Assembly: GCA_001437855.1 (NCBI GenBank)
Contig: LIBD01000001.1
Coordinates: 1 to 52,295 of the forward strand
Length of the DNA stretch: 52,295 nucleotides
Source: Actinobacteria bacterium BACL4 MAG-120820-bin23
GTDB lineage: Bacteria; Actinomycetota; Actinomycetes; Nanopelagicales; Nanopelagicaceae
Reading direction: 5' to 3'
In this document: one piece after another, positions 18,677 to 28,247 of the stretch
Layout: each line of letters begins with the position of its first letter
How positions within the stretch are numbered: the first letter of the stretch is position 1
Made by a program: the position numbers and the translations under genes
The notes under the pieces: generated by a model
What the model was told of the DNA's origin: nothing
Seen by the model: only the letters and a program-made list of their open reading frames with translations
The model's database searches: none

Positions 18677-21022
18677 TTAAGATTTAAACAAAGTAAGTTT
18701 TCCAGATACGCCAGCAATGGCGTATCTGATTTTATTTACATTTATCCACTCACTTTTTCCACCTTTTTGTATGCTTCCTTTTGAAATCAAAGTGGTCAAG
18801 TTATTTGATTTATTTAAAGCACAAAGTCTTAGCTCGCAACTAAATAAAATAGATTTTGAGTCTATCGAAATAGGAGAGTTGGGAGTTCCATGAGAATTAG
18901 GCTGAACTGATTTGGGTGTTAATGAATCTAATTCTTGATACTTTAATGAATCAGGATTTGGGAATAATGCTCCACCAGCTGTAAACCAGCCAACCCCAAC
19001 TCCTTTTGAAGAGTTGTAAACTGCAACATCATAACCCGCTGCATAAATTCGGTCATTTGGAAGATCTAAGTTTCTATATTCCCAGTCAAGTGAAGATGCA
19101 CTACTTCTGGTAGCGTATCTAATTTCACCTCTAGTCACATTTTTTTCTGCATCAAAACCTTTTACTGAATCATAAATAAGATGTACTCGTTCTCCTTTTA
19201 CAGATGCTCTTAAATGAAAACCAACATCTCCAGTTGTTCTATTCTCAGTATCTTTCTCACCATCCACAATTTCATATACCCATTCGTTACCTTGCTTAAC
19301 TGCTCCTAGTAAAATTCCTTGCGATTCATCACGGTAAAAAACTTGAACGCCATCGCTAGTAACGGCGCACGCATTAGAAACCGATACATCTGAAGCTCCA
19401 CGGACTCTAACTATTTCTTTGTAATCTTGAGCACGCTCACCATTTCCATCAACTATTTCATACTTCCATTTTTTCCCATCATATAAAGCGTATTTGAGAT
19501 CTTTATTTGTTAAATCTGTATAAAAAATATGTAATAAATTTTTCTTATTTTCTCTAGATGTACACATCGAAACATAGCCAGAAACATTATTCTGGGTTCG
19601 GCCTGAATTTACGCCATTTCCATCAACTACCGAGATAATCCATTTATTATTGAAAGTGGCTAGTTTCAAATCACCATTTTTACTATCGGTGTATGCAATT
19701 ACTGGTTTACCTGCAAATGTAGCTCGAGCTAAATATTTAGCATCTGCTTTCTTATCGATAATATTGCTTTTCCACGCAGCTTCTGGAATTACTTGATTGC
19801 TTTTTATTGCTACTGATGAACCACCACTATTTACTGCAGAAACTGAGAAAACATACTTACTGCCATTTTTCAGACCAGTCATAACTACTGGACTTTCAGT
19901 TGCGGTAGTGATTTCCCCAGTTTGTAAATTTTCAATAGAGTAATTATCTATTTGGGCAAACCTAAAATTTGGTGGCGGGTCAAATTTAATGATTGCACTT
20001 TTATCACTTACATATGCCTTTACATTTTGTGGTGAATCTGGGACACCAGTAACTTTTCCAGCGGGTGGCTTTTGTCTTAAATCTTCAAATATGCCCAGCG
20101 CAATAGAGCCAGGTAAATGAAATACTTCACCAGCATCTAAATTTGGTGTCATTACAGCATTTTCACCAGAGTTAGAAAAAGTCTTTTCATCTAAATGACT
20201 AACTGATGAGCCTCGTTCATAAATTGCTGGAGTATAGAGAAGTGGCTTCACGCCATTATTAGCCTTAACACCATTCGCGCCAGACCAATACAAAGTTGAA
20301 GTTATTGCTTTGCCAGTCTCAAGTGAGGGTGAGGGCATATCAACTAATCGCCTACCATCGGGAAGTTGAGCGTATGCATCAAATGGTGTCGGCTGCAGAA
20401 TTCTTCCTTCACCACTTGCTTGGTCGTAATAACTACCAGACATAAATCCAAGTCCGTGTGCCATCTCATGCAGAATTACTGAGACGAGATCATAACTTCT
20501 AGGTGGACAATTTCCATCAATTCCGAAGTACCAATTGGCAGTTGATGCAATATCGATTTCTAACTCAACATCATTAAGATCTAAATCTCTACCAGCTAGT
20601 GCATTTGCTAGAGCAGATGTGTAATAAAGAGTTCTATCGGGTGCACCATTGAAGTTTGCGAACACATTCTTAGCACTTGCCGAGGCCAAAACAGAATTGT
20701 TAACTGGTTTGCTCCAAGTGATATTTACATTTATGGGAACGGATGAAACAAAGTTCTCAGACCAAATATCTATTGCAGCTTGCACTGCCTGTTTGGCTAC
20801 ATCTGGAACATTATTATAAATTGGTAGGAAATTACTTTTTTTCTCTAGACTAGCCGAAAAAACTCTTGGAACTGATGGCGTGAAATTCCCTGAGTCGGAA
20901 GCATAAAGTGAAACCCAACCAGCTGGTGCAACTTTTATCTCAAGGGATGAGGCATTTGATATTGGGAAAAGGCTAATTGAGAGCGCTATTACTATTGCGG
21001 CGAGAAAGGATTTAACGCGCAT
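18677..21022 (-). CDS. Secreted zinc metalloprotease-like protein with fibronectin type III domain and C-terminal repeats
   Basis: Signal peptide. HEMAHGLGF plus downstream SSVSHLDE..VMTP. FN3 (PDSPQNV...GLKNGSKYVFSVSAVN). Repeats of YxD...DLKYA...W...VDG. Confidence 0.8.
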   Translation of the reverse strand: MRVKSFLAAIVIALSISLFPISNASSLEIKVAPAGWVSLYASDSGNFTPSVPRVFSASLEKKSNFLPIYNNVPDVAKQAVQAAIDIWSENFVSSVPINVNITWSKPVNNSVLASASAKNVFANFNGAPDRTLYYTSALANALAGRDLDLNDVELEIDIASTANWYFGIDGNCPPRSYDLVSVILHEMAHGLGFMSGSYYDQASGEGRILQPTPFDAYAQLPDGRRLVDMPSPSLETGKAITSTLYWSGANGVKANNGVKPLLYTPAIYERGSSVSHLDEKTFSNSGENAVMTPNLDAGEVFHLPGSIALGIFEDLRQKPPAGKVTGVPDSPQNVKAYVSDKSAIIKFDPPPNFRFAQIDNYSIENLQTGEITTATESPVVMTGLKNGSKYVFSVSAVNSGGSSVAIKSNQVIPEAAWKSNIIDKKADAKYLARATFAGKPVIAYTDSKNGDLKLATFNNKWIISVVDGNGVNSGRTQNNVSGYVSMCTSRENKKNLLHIFYTDLTNKDLKYALYDGKKWKYEIVDGNGERAQDYKEIVRVRGASDVSVSNACAVTSDGVQVFYRDESQGILLGAVKQGNEWVYEIVDGEKDTENRTTGDVGFHLRASVKGERVHLIYDSVKGFDAEKNVTRGEIRYATRSSASSLDWEYRNLDLPNDRIYAAGYDVAVYNSSKGVGVGWFTAGGALFPNPDSLKYQELDSLTPKSVQPNSHGTPNSPISIDSKSILFSCELRLCALNKSNNLTTLISKGSIQKGGKSEWINVNKIRYAIAGVSGKLTLFKS

Positions 21023-21028
21023 TAAGAT

Positions 21029-21034
21029 AGATTA
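21029..21034 (-). promoter_or_regulatory. Putative leaderless -10 (TAATCT) of the FN3/zincin gene
   Basis: TAATCT-N6-ATG(21022). Confidence 0.5.
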
Positions 21035-21098
21035 ACATCCTAAGCTTATAATGAGCGATACTTTCTACCCCATAAAAAGTATCTAATCTGGGAGTTAG

Positions 21099-21335
21099 AT
21101 GAAAAAAGTAACTATCTACTCAAGAACTGGCTGTCACTTGTGTGAGATTGCAGTAGATAAGGTTAAATCTGTCAAAAATGAGTTCAACTTCGACCTAGAA
21201 ATAAAATTAATTGACGATTCACAGCAACTCGAAAAAGAGTATGGCGAGCAAGTTCCAGTAATCCTGATTGATAACAAAATTCATGACTATTGGCGGGTAG
21301 ATTTCGATAGGTTTATAACAGCTATAAAATCTTAA
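21099..21335 (+). CDS. Glutaredoxin-like protein (DUF836 type)
   Basis: YSRTGCHLC (CxxC), QVPVILID, HDYWRVD. Confidence 0.9.
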   Translation: MKKVTIYSRTGCHLCEIAVDKVKSVKNEFNFDLEIKLIDDSQQLEKEYGEQVPVILIDNKIHDYWRVDFDRFITAIKS

Positions 21336-22978
21336 TTTTTATTTAAAATCTCATCAGCATCGATAATTCGATACGCATAACCTTGTTCGGCTAAGAATCT
21401 TTGGCGATTCTGTGCAAAATCTTGGTCAATAGTGTCTCGGGCGACAAGTGAGTAAAACCGTGCGCCTCTGCCATCTGCCTTTGGCCTAAGAATTCGACCA
21501 AGCCGCTGAGCTTCTTCTTGTCTTGATCCAAAGGTGCCAGATACTTGAATAGCAATTGTTGCTTCAGGTAAATCTATTGAAAAGTTAGCAACTTTTGATA
21601 CTACTAAGCATTTAATTTCACCACTTCTAAACAGCGCAAATAAACGCTCACGCTCTTTTACTGGAGTCTGACCTTTAATAACTGGTACACCTAACTCTGC
21701 CGATAGCTGGTCTAATTGATCCAGGTATTGGCCAATTACTAAAACTTGGTCATTAGCATGTTGTTTAGCAAGAGCAATTGCAACATCTTTTTTGGTTTGG
21801 GAGGTTGCGCAAAATCTATATCGGTCTTCTTGCTCAGCAGTTGCATAATTAAGGCGTTCAGCATCGGTGAGTGTAATTCTTACCTCAACACAATCAGCTG
21901 GTGCGATGTAACCTTGAGCTTCAATCTCTTTCCAAGGAACATCAAATCTTTTTGGACCGATTAGCGAGAAAACTTCTCCCTCCATGCCATCTTCTCTAAC
22001 TAAAGTGGCAGTCAGACCTAATCTACGGCGAGATTGAATATCAGCTGTAAATCTAAATATTGGCGCAGGAAGTAGGTGTACTTCATCATAAATTATTAAT
22101 CCCCAATCAATCGCATCAAATAAATCTAGGTGGGCATAAACTCCTTTTTTGCGAGTGGTCATTACTTGGTAGGTGGCAATAGTTACTGGGCGAATCTCTT
22201 TTTTAGCACCGCTATATTCACCAATATCATCTGGGTTTAAATCGGTGCGCTTAATCAACTCTTCACGCCATTGTCTTGCCGCCACAGTATTTGTCACCAA
22301 AATTAAAGTAGTTGCCTTGGCATGTGCCATAGCGGCTGCACCAACTATAGTTTTGCCAGCTCCACATGGCAGTACAACTACACCAGAGCCACCATGCCAA
22401 AAACCTTCAGCCGCTAACTCTTGGTATTTTCTTATCTGCCAACCATCTTGCTTTAGTGAAATATCATGGTGCTCACCATCAACATAACCGGCAAAATCTT
22501 CTGCCGGCCAACCTAATTTAAGTAATGCTTGCTTTAAAAAACCGCGTTGGCCCGGGTGAACCACAATAGTCTCATTATCTAATTGTGATCCAAGCATCGG
22601 TGCTATTTTTTTGCCTCTAGTTACCTCTTTTAATACCGCTGGGTCATTAGAAACTAGGATTAATCCGTGAACTGGATGTGCTTCCAATCGCAATCGACCA
22701 TATCGAGACATGGTCTCGGCTATATCAACTAGGAGTGAGTGCGGAACGGCATACCTAGAGTATTTAAGGAGCACATCAATTACTTGTTCTGCATCATGGC
22801 CAGCCGCTCTTGCATTCCATAAACCAAGTGGCGTTAGTCGATAGGTATGAATATGTTCTGGTGATTTTTCTAATTCAGCAAAGGATGCGATTGCTCTGCG
22901 GCACTCATCTGATAATACGTGATCAATATCTAGTAGCAGAGTTTTATCACTTTGGACAATTAATGGCCCATCACTCAT
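21332..22978 (-). CDS. XPB/Ssl2/Rad25-family DNA helicase (Rv0861c-like)
   Basis: GPLIVQSDKTLLL N-terminus, LPCGAGKT, DEVH, LGLTATLVREDG (RED motif), QEEAQRLGRILR. Confidence 0.95.
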   Translation of the reverse strand: MSDGPLIVQSDKTLLLDIDHVLSDECRRAIASFAELEKSPEHIHTYRLTPLGLWNARAAGHDAEQVIDVLLKYSRYAVPHSLLVDIAETMSRYGRLRLEAHPVHGLILVSNDPAVLKEVTRGKKIAPMLGSQLDNETIVVHPGQRGFLKQALLKLGWPAEDFAGYVDGEHHDISLKQDGWQIRKYQELAAEGFWHGGSGVVVLPCGAGKTIVGAAAMAHAKATTLILVTNTVAARQWREELIKRTDLNPDDIGEYSGAKKEIRPVTIATYQVMTTRKKGVYAHLDLFDAIDWGLIIYDEVHLLPAPIFRFTADIQSRRRLGLTATLVREDGMEGEVFSLIGPKRFDVPWKEIEAQGYIAPADCVEVRITLTDAERLNYATAEQEDRYRFCATSQTKKDVAIALAKQHANDQVLVIGQYLDQLDQLSAELGVPVIKGQTPVKERERLFALFRSGEIKCLVVSKVANFSIDLPEATIAIQVSGTFGSRQEEAQRLGRILRPKADGRGARFYSLVARDTIDQDFAQNRQRFLAEQGYAYRIIDADEILNKN

Positions 22979-24042
22979 TTCAGCAGCTCATTAATAAAGG
23001 CGGTGGTTAACTTAATTCTTAGCTCAACTGAAGATATTTTTATGGATTCATTTTTCGCATGGGCACCTATGCCTATCGCACCTAAACCATCTAATACCTT
23101 TGCTCCTGCTGCGGCTGCGATATTTCCATCGCTGGCACCACCAACACTTGCACAACCAATTGGGGGTAAGCCTAGGGCGCTAGCAACTTTTTCAAATTTT
23201 TCATAAAGTTCTTTGGTACTAGATTCTTCAAGTGGTTTTCGATTAATTCCACCACTAACTTCGACAGTTGCAATATCACTACTTAGTGATCTGATAGAGC
23301 TATCAATTCTGTTTAACTCATCTAAGGTAAAGGATCTAACATCAATATCTAATTTAGCTAGTGCGGGCACGGTATTGGTAGTAGTACCCGATTGCATAAC
23401 TGTTGGCACTGCAGTTGTGCCAAATTTTGGATTCTCTAACGCAGCAATTTGCATAACAAGTTTAGCTAATTCGGTTGTGGCATTAATTCCCTTTTCAGGC
23501 TCTAAACCAGCATGCGATGCTTTGCCAGTAACTGTGATTTGATACATCGCAGTGCCTTTACGCCCAGTCTTCACCTTGCCATCTAAGGATGCTTCAAAAA
23601 CTAAAACAGCTTGTGAGGCTTTAGCTAATTTAATAATTAAATCCTTTGAAGAGATACTTCCGGTTTCTTCATCAGTAGTAGCAACCAAGGCCACTTTGTC
23701 TTGGGCATTGCTTATGCCAGCAAGTGAGTAAAGAGCTTGGATAAAACCTGTTTTCATATCAAATACACCAGGGCCAGTTGCAATATCGCCATCAACCTGC
23801 CAAGTTGGCTGAAATGAAGCCTTCGGCCAAACGGTATCTAAGTGACAAAGCAATAAAATTTTTGGCTCTTTTGCACCCCACCAAAAGATCGGACGATTAT
23901 TTTCGATTATTTTCTCAGCGCTAGTTGGCAAAACCTGATTAGAAATTTCAACCGCCAGATCTATAACTGCATGGCAGGCAGCTAAATCCTCAGTGGGGGA
24001 TTCACACTCGACTAGACGTTGGATGTCTGAGATTGCACTCAT
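22975..24042 (-). CDS. M20 metallopeptidase, glutamate carboxypeptidase (CPG2)-like
   Basis: HLDTVW, GPGVFDMKTG, DEETGS, VFEA, SHAG, GGASDGN, DGLG..G.GAH motifs. Confidence 0.88.
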   Translation of the reverse strand: MSAISDIQRLVECESPTEDLAACHAVIDLAVEISNQVLPTSAEKIIENNRPIFWWGAKEPKILLLCHLDTVWPKASFQPTWQVDGDIATGPGVFDMKTGFIQALYSLAGISNAQDKVALVATTDEETGSISSKDLIIKLAKASQAVLVFEASLDGKVKTGRKGTAMYQITVTGKASHAGLEPEKGINATTELAKLVMQIAALENPKFGTTAVPTVMQSGTTTNTVPALAKLDIDVRSFTLDELNRIDSSIRSLSSDIATVEVSGGINRKPLEESSTKELYEKFEKVASALGLPPIGCASVGGASDGNIAAAAGAKVLDGLGAIGIGAHAKNESIKISSVELRIKLTTAFINELLK

Positions 24043-26231
24043 AGGTCTAAGTCTGCCTTATTTTCAGAAATGGTGACGGTTGGCGCTACACCATTAATTC
24101 TAGGTATGCGAAACTGGGTAATTTCACCGGTAGTTTCATCGCGGGCGGTGAGGCTGCCTAAGGAAATCGAAATTGGTTCGATTATTCGGTTACTAACACC
24201 ACCATTGTTATCGGCATAACTTATTACCAGGGTTTGCTGTGTTTCAATAAATTGATTTAGTAATGCAAGAGTTTCATTAGATGATGTGCCAGGCACTATT
24301 GGTTCAACTTTACGACTGCGCTCGCCAGCCCGAATTGTTTTAACAGCTGAAGTAATTACGCTTTCTTTTGGTGAAATGAACTCAGAAATAATTCTTGGAG
24401 GCTTTGGTCTTGATTTAGCTCTTCTCAGATTCGGCTGTGAAAGTAATACACCACTGGAATTCTCAGCTGCTGGTAAATAACCAAACTCCCGAAGTTCACT
24501 AATAACTTCATCTAATTCAAAGTCTGCAACTAATACTTGCGGTGCAATTCTTCTCAGTCGTAAGTGTTCACATTTTCTATCATGCATAATTTGTTGGATC
24601 AAGCCTTCATCTTCGCATCTAATGTAAGTATGGGCTGAACCGATTCTTAGTCTTCCATGTCGCTTAGCTACATCGGCTATCAGATATTCCAACGGCTGAG
24701 GCATTGGTGTCTTTGATATCTTTGTTAAAAATGTTTTTATCTGATCACCGGTCTTGCCATGATCCAACCCTCTTCTAATTGAAGCTTCACTAAATCTGTA
24801 AACAGTTGCTCCGCCGCGACTTTCAATATCGGCAATAGTTCCCATCTCGGCAGATAATTCAGGGGTTAAAGGACCCGGAGCAACAGCAGAGTTATCTGCT
24901 TGAATCAAAATATGGTCAACAGGTTTTGGTAGTGCTTTTTCTATACCAAGATCATCTTGAGCAATTAACAGATTTTTTCCAAATTCAGATATTGCCCCTT
25001 GTCCAGTTATTCCTAACCACTCTGCTTCTCTTAAACTCCATTCCACAAACTCAGCATTGAATCTCTGTGGATTCCACCATTTAACTATTTCACTTATAGA
25101 TGCTAATTCTGGAGTAGTTTCAGAGTTATCTAATAATATTTTTAGAGTGGTACGTTTTATTAAAGATGCACCAGCTCGATCAAGCTCTGGACCAAGTGGT
25201 GCGATATTTTTATCACTTGTCTTACCAATTAACCCACTAACTCGAGAAGTATCTAGCCATAGAACTACTAATGAATACCAACGTTCCTCCTGCGGTTTTG
25301 AAAGCCAAATATCAAATGCCAAGGTCGGAAGCACTTGATCATCCGGATCAATAACAACTAATCCACTTAAGTAACATAACTCTGCGATAAATCCAACACA
25401 ACTTTCCTCTACTCCTAGGTGTTCAGCAATTCGCTTCATATCTCTAACACCGATGCCACCCGTGCGCAGTGCAGTTGGTGTTTCATCAGATAGATTATGT
25501 AGAAACTCTTCACACCATCTTAAAATAGTTGAAATATTAGCTATTGCAGCCAGATCTATTTGCTTTTGAGTTATCTTCTTGCCAGAGAGCAAGTTTGGTT
25601 TTATATGTAACTCTTTGTGGACTTTATTCCCTCTTAGATTAATTGCATACTCTCTAGGAAGAGCAACAGTATTTGAGTCCAGAGCAATTAAAATATTATT
25701 ATCCAGCAGCCAACCGATTGCAGTGCCTGGCTTTTTGATATTTGATATTTGCCCTCTAGGTGGTCCCCAAATTAGTTTTGATAATACTTCCGCCGAGGGT
25801 TTTGGAATATCCTTTAATTTATTTAAATCTACTTTCCCGCCCGATTCTGGCCCCAGCCCCACCGGTTCATCTCCAATTAATAATTTTAGATTTATTGGAG
25901 TTCGATAGTTATTACCCTCTTTATAAAGTAAACCTATTTGCCATAAGTAATCCAACGCAAATGTACTTTCTTCGCTAGTGATACTAACTAATTCAGATTT
26001 TTTAAAGGGTTCAGCTAAAACACAAGCAGCTTCAATAATTTGGTAATGCCATTGATTTAAAGAGTCTAATACTCTTACTAAAGAAGGAGTTGAAGTTGCT
26101 CTAGCAGCTAGTGAAGTGAAGTCATTTGGAACGGGTGTCACTAAATCAGGTCTAAATTTAAAGAGTGCGGCTAAATCTTCATCAGAACGTGCGCGAAGTT
26201 CATCGGCAAAAGTAATAGCAAGTTTTGACAT
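24039..26231 (-). CDS. XPB-associated helicase-associated-domain protein with C-terminal WYL-like domain (Rv0862c-like)
   Basis: RPDL, LRTGGIGVRD, ILIQADNSAVAPGPL, ESRGGATVYRFSEASIRRGLD, PMPQPLEYLIADVAKRHG. WYL-like ISYADNNG...RIIEP...FRIPRI. Confidence 0.88.
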   Translation of the reverse strand: MSKLAITFADELRARSDEDLAALFKFRPDLVTPVPNDFTSLAARATSTPSLVRVLDSLNQWHYQIIEAACVLAEPFKKSELVSITSEESTFALDYLWQIGLLYKEGNNYRTPINLKLLIGDEPVGLGPESGGKVDLNKLKDIPKPSAEVLSKLIWGPPRGQISNIKKPGTAIGWLLDNNILIALDSNTVALPREYAINLRGNKVHKELHIKPNLLSGKKITQKQIDLAAIANISTILRWCEEFLHNLSDETPTALRTGGIGVRDMKRIAEHLGVEESCVGFIAELCYLSGLVVIDPDDQVLPTLAFDIWLSKPQEERWYSLVVLWLDTSRVSGLIGKTSDKNIAPLGPELDRAGASLIKRTTLKILLDNSETTPELASISEIVKWWNPQRFNAEFVEWSLREAEWLGITGQGAISEFGKNLLIAQDDLGIEKALPKPVDHILIQADNSAVAPGPLTPELSAEMGTIADIESRGGATVYRFSEASIRRGLDHGKTGDQIKTFLTKISKTPMPQPLEYLIADVAKRHGRLRIGSAHTYIRCEDEGLIQQIMHDRKCEHLRLRRIAPQVLVADFELDEVISELREFGYLPAAENSSGVLLSQPNLRRAKSRPKPPRIISEFISPKESVITSAVKTIRAGERSRKVEPIVPGTSSNETLALLNQFIETQQTLVISYADNNGGVSNRIIEPISISLGSLTARDETTGEITQFRIPRINGVAPTVTISENKADLDL

Positions 26232-26263
26232 AACTGGCCTACTTTACTCGGGTTTTGAGTGGG

Positions 26264-27034
26264 TTATTTACCTCTTAATCTTCGAGGCGATATCAGGGAG
26301 GCAAACGCTGCTAACCTGCCTGCAGTAGGACCAATTAACTTTTTTAACTTACGAGCTCTCCTAAAATCATATACCGGCCAATTGTCTCTATAGGCTCTAA
26401 TTTCTAATAGCGTATCTGGATTTATCACTCTAGGGTTTCCAACCGCTTCAAGTAAGGGGATGTCATGGTGTGAATCTGAGTACGCATAACAATTTTTCAA
26501 ATCAAAGCTTTCCGATTGGGATAATTCTTTAATAGCTACTGCTTTTTCCTTGCCATGCAAAAGATTTCCAATCATTTTTCCAGTGTAGATACCATCTTCA
26601 GTTTCAGCCTTTGTCCCTAAGGCCCCAGTAAAACCTAACCGCTTAGCCATCAAGTTAGCCATATCTAAAGGGGTTGCAGTGACTAACCAAACTTCTTCCC
26701 CTTTTGCAAGGTGCTCCTGAGCAATTTCTACCGTCCCTTGCCATATCGCAGGGGATACGTATTCTTCATAAATTTCCTGACCAATTTTTTCAATTTCGAC
26801 AACATTGTGTCCTTTAATAAATTCACAGGCAGCATTTTGAAATCTAACTATTTCATCTTTATTTTCTTTTCCAGTAAGCCGATACCTTAAATTAGCTAGA
26901 ACAAATGCTGAGATATCTTTCTTTGTAAAAAACCCTCTTTGATACATGCCTCTACCTAGAAAAAATAGGGTCGAGCCTTTTAATAGGGTGTTATCAACAT
27001 CAAAAAACGCAACTCGCTTTTGTATGAGCGCCAT
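26264..27034 (-). CDS. HAD-IB family hydrolase (SerB1/Rv0505c-like)
   Basis: AFFDVDNTL motif I, LVTAT, GKEKA, AYSDSHHDIPLL motif IV. Confidence 0.9.
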   Translation of the reverse strand: MALIQKRVAFFDVDNTLLKGSTLFFLGRGMYQRGFFTKKDISAFVLANLRYRLTGKENKDEIVRFQNAACEFIKGHNVVEIEKIGQEIYEEYVSPAIWQGTVEIAQEHLAKGEEVWLVTATPLDMANLMAKRLGFTGALGTKAETEDGIYTGKMIGNLLHGKEKAVAIKELSQSESFDLKNCYAYSDSHHDIPLLEAVGNPRVINPDTLLEIRAYRDNWPVYDFRRARKLKKLIGPTAGRLAAFASLISPRRLRGK

Positions 27035-27084
27035 ATCACTACCCTAGCGAACCTACATTAATTCTTCTGCTTTATGCTTGGCTT
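27035..27084. promoter_or_regulatory. Divergent pair of leaderless promoters
   Basis: Minus strand TAGGGT (27041-46)-N6-ATG(27034). Plus strand TATGCT (27073-78)-N6-ATG(27085). Confidence 0.55.
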
Positions 27085-27702
27085 ATGGGGCAAACCATTC
27101 ATTTTGTTAGACATGGTGAAGTCTACAATCCTGAAAAAATTCTATATGGACTTCAACCTGGTTGGCGGTTGAGTGATCGTGGTCTTGAAATGGCGCACGC
27201 TGTGGCCGAATGGTCAAAGACTTTAAATCTTGGCGCAATTCATTCATCGCCACTGCAGAGAGCGCAAGAAACTTCTGTACCAATAATTGCTAACCATGAT
27301 CTCAAATTAACTACAGATTCAAATTTAATTGAAGCTCGTAATATTTTTGAAGGAAAGAAATTTGAATTAGGAAGTGGTGTATTACGTCATCCTAAATCTT
27401 GGCGCTACCTATGGAACCCGTGGCGACCATCCTGGGGTGAGCCATATTCAGAGTTAATAAATAGAATGCTTAAAGGCCTTTTTGCAGCAAGAGATGCCGC
27501 ATCTGGCAAGGATGCAATTTGCGTATCACATCAATTACCAATTTGGATTTTAAGATCAGCAATTGAGGGCCGGCGATTACTGCATGACCCAAGAAAACGA
27601 GAATGCTCTCTTGCCTCGGTAACATCATTTGAGTTAAATACCGATGGGATGATTTCGTCAGTCTCTTATTCAGAACCAGCAAAACACCTATTACAAAAAT
27701 AA
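27085..27702 (+). CDS. Histidine phosphatase family protein (Rv0525-like)
   Basis: RHGEVYNP, SSPLQRAQET, VSHQLPI. Conserved first gene of the actinobacterial ccs cluster. Confidence 0.92.
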   Translation: MGQTIHFVRHGEVYNPEKILYGLQPGWRLSDRGLEMAHAVAEWSKTLNLGAIHSSPLQRAQETSVPIIANHDLKLTTDSNLIEARNIFEGKKFELGSGVLRHPKSWRYLWNPWRPSWGEPYSELINRMLKGLFAARDAASGKDAICVSHQLPIWILRSAIEGRRLLHDPRKRECSLASVTSFELNTDGMISSVSYSEPAKHLLQK

Positions 27703-27704
27703 GT

Positions 27705-28247
27705 ATGAAACTTATAACACTTTTATTTACTGTATTGATTTTAACTGGATGTACAAGTAATAGTGGAACAACACTTCAAAATGAAAATGCATTCATCTCC
27801 GGTAATGGAATTTCACTATTTTTAGAAAAAAAGGATCGAAAAAGTGCTCCAAAGATTTCTGGTCCAACATTAGATTCTAAAATGTTAACTCTTGAATCAA
27901 ACCGTGTGACCGTAATTAATGTTTGGGCGTCTTGGTGCGCCCCATGCAGAGCCGAAGCACCCGTTCTTCAGGATTTTTCAATTAGGTATCCCCAAGTTCA
28001 GTTTGCTGGCATTTTAACCAGAGACAGCATTTCTTCTGCCAAAGCTTTTTACGAGAATTTTAATTTAACTTACCCTACCTTTATAGATGATTCAATTTTG
28101 GTTGGTTTTAGGGGATCTTTAATTCCAAATGCAATTCCTACCACATTGATAATTGATAAAGATGGAAAGGTTGCAGTTCGAATAAGTGGTGAGGTTACTG
28201 TTGCAGGAATGAAGAAAATGCTAGAAAAGGTTTTGGCTGATGCGTGA
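27705..28247 (+). CDS. TlpA/ResA-like thiol-disulfide oxidoreductase lipoprotein
   Basis: Lipobox LTGC, WASWCAPCRAE, IPTT. Confidence 0.92.
   Translation: MKLITLLFTVLILTGCTSNSGTTLQNENAFISGNGISLFLEKKDRKSAPKISGPTLDSKMLTLESNRVTVINVWASWCAPCRAEAPVLQDFSIRYPQVQFAGILTRDSISSAKAFYENFNLTYPTFIDDSILVGFRGSLIPNAIPTTLIIDKDGKVAVRISGEVTVAGMKKMLEKVLADA

Noticed and set aside
17313-26231. Region as a genomic island, prophage or defence locus (helicase plus WYL plus peptidase)
   Set aside because: No integrase, tRNA, att repeats or evident compositional shift. The XPB and Rv0862c-like genes are widespread actinobacterial genes.
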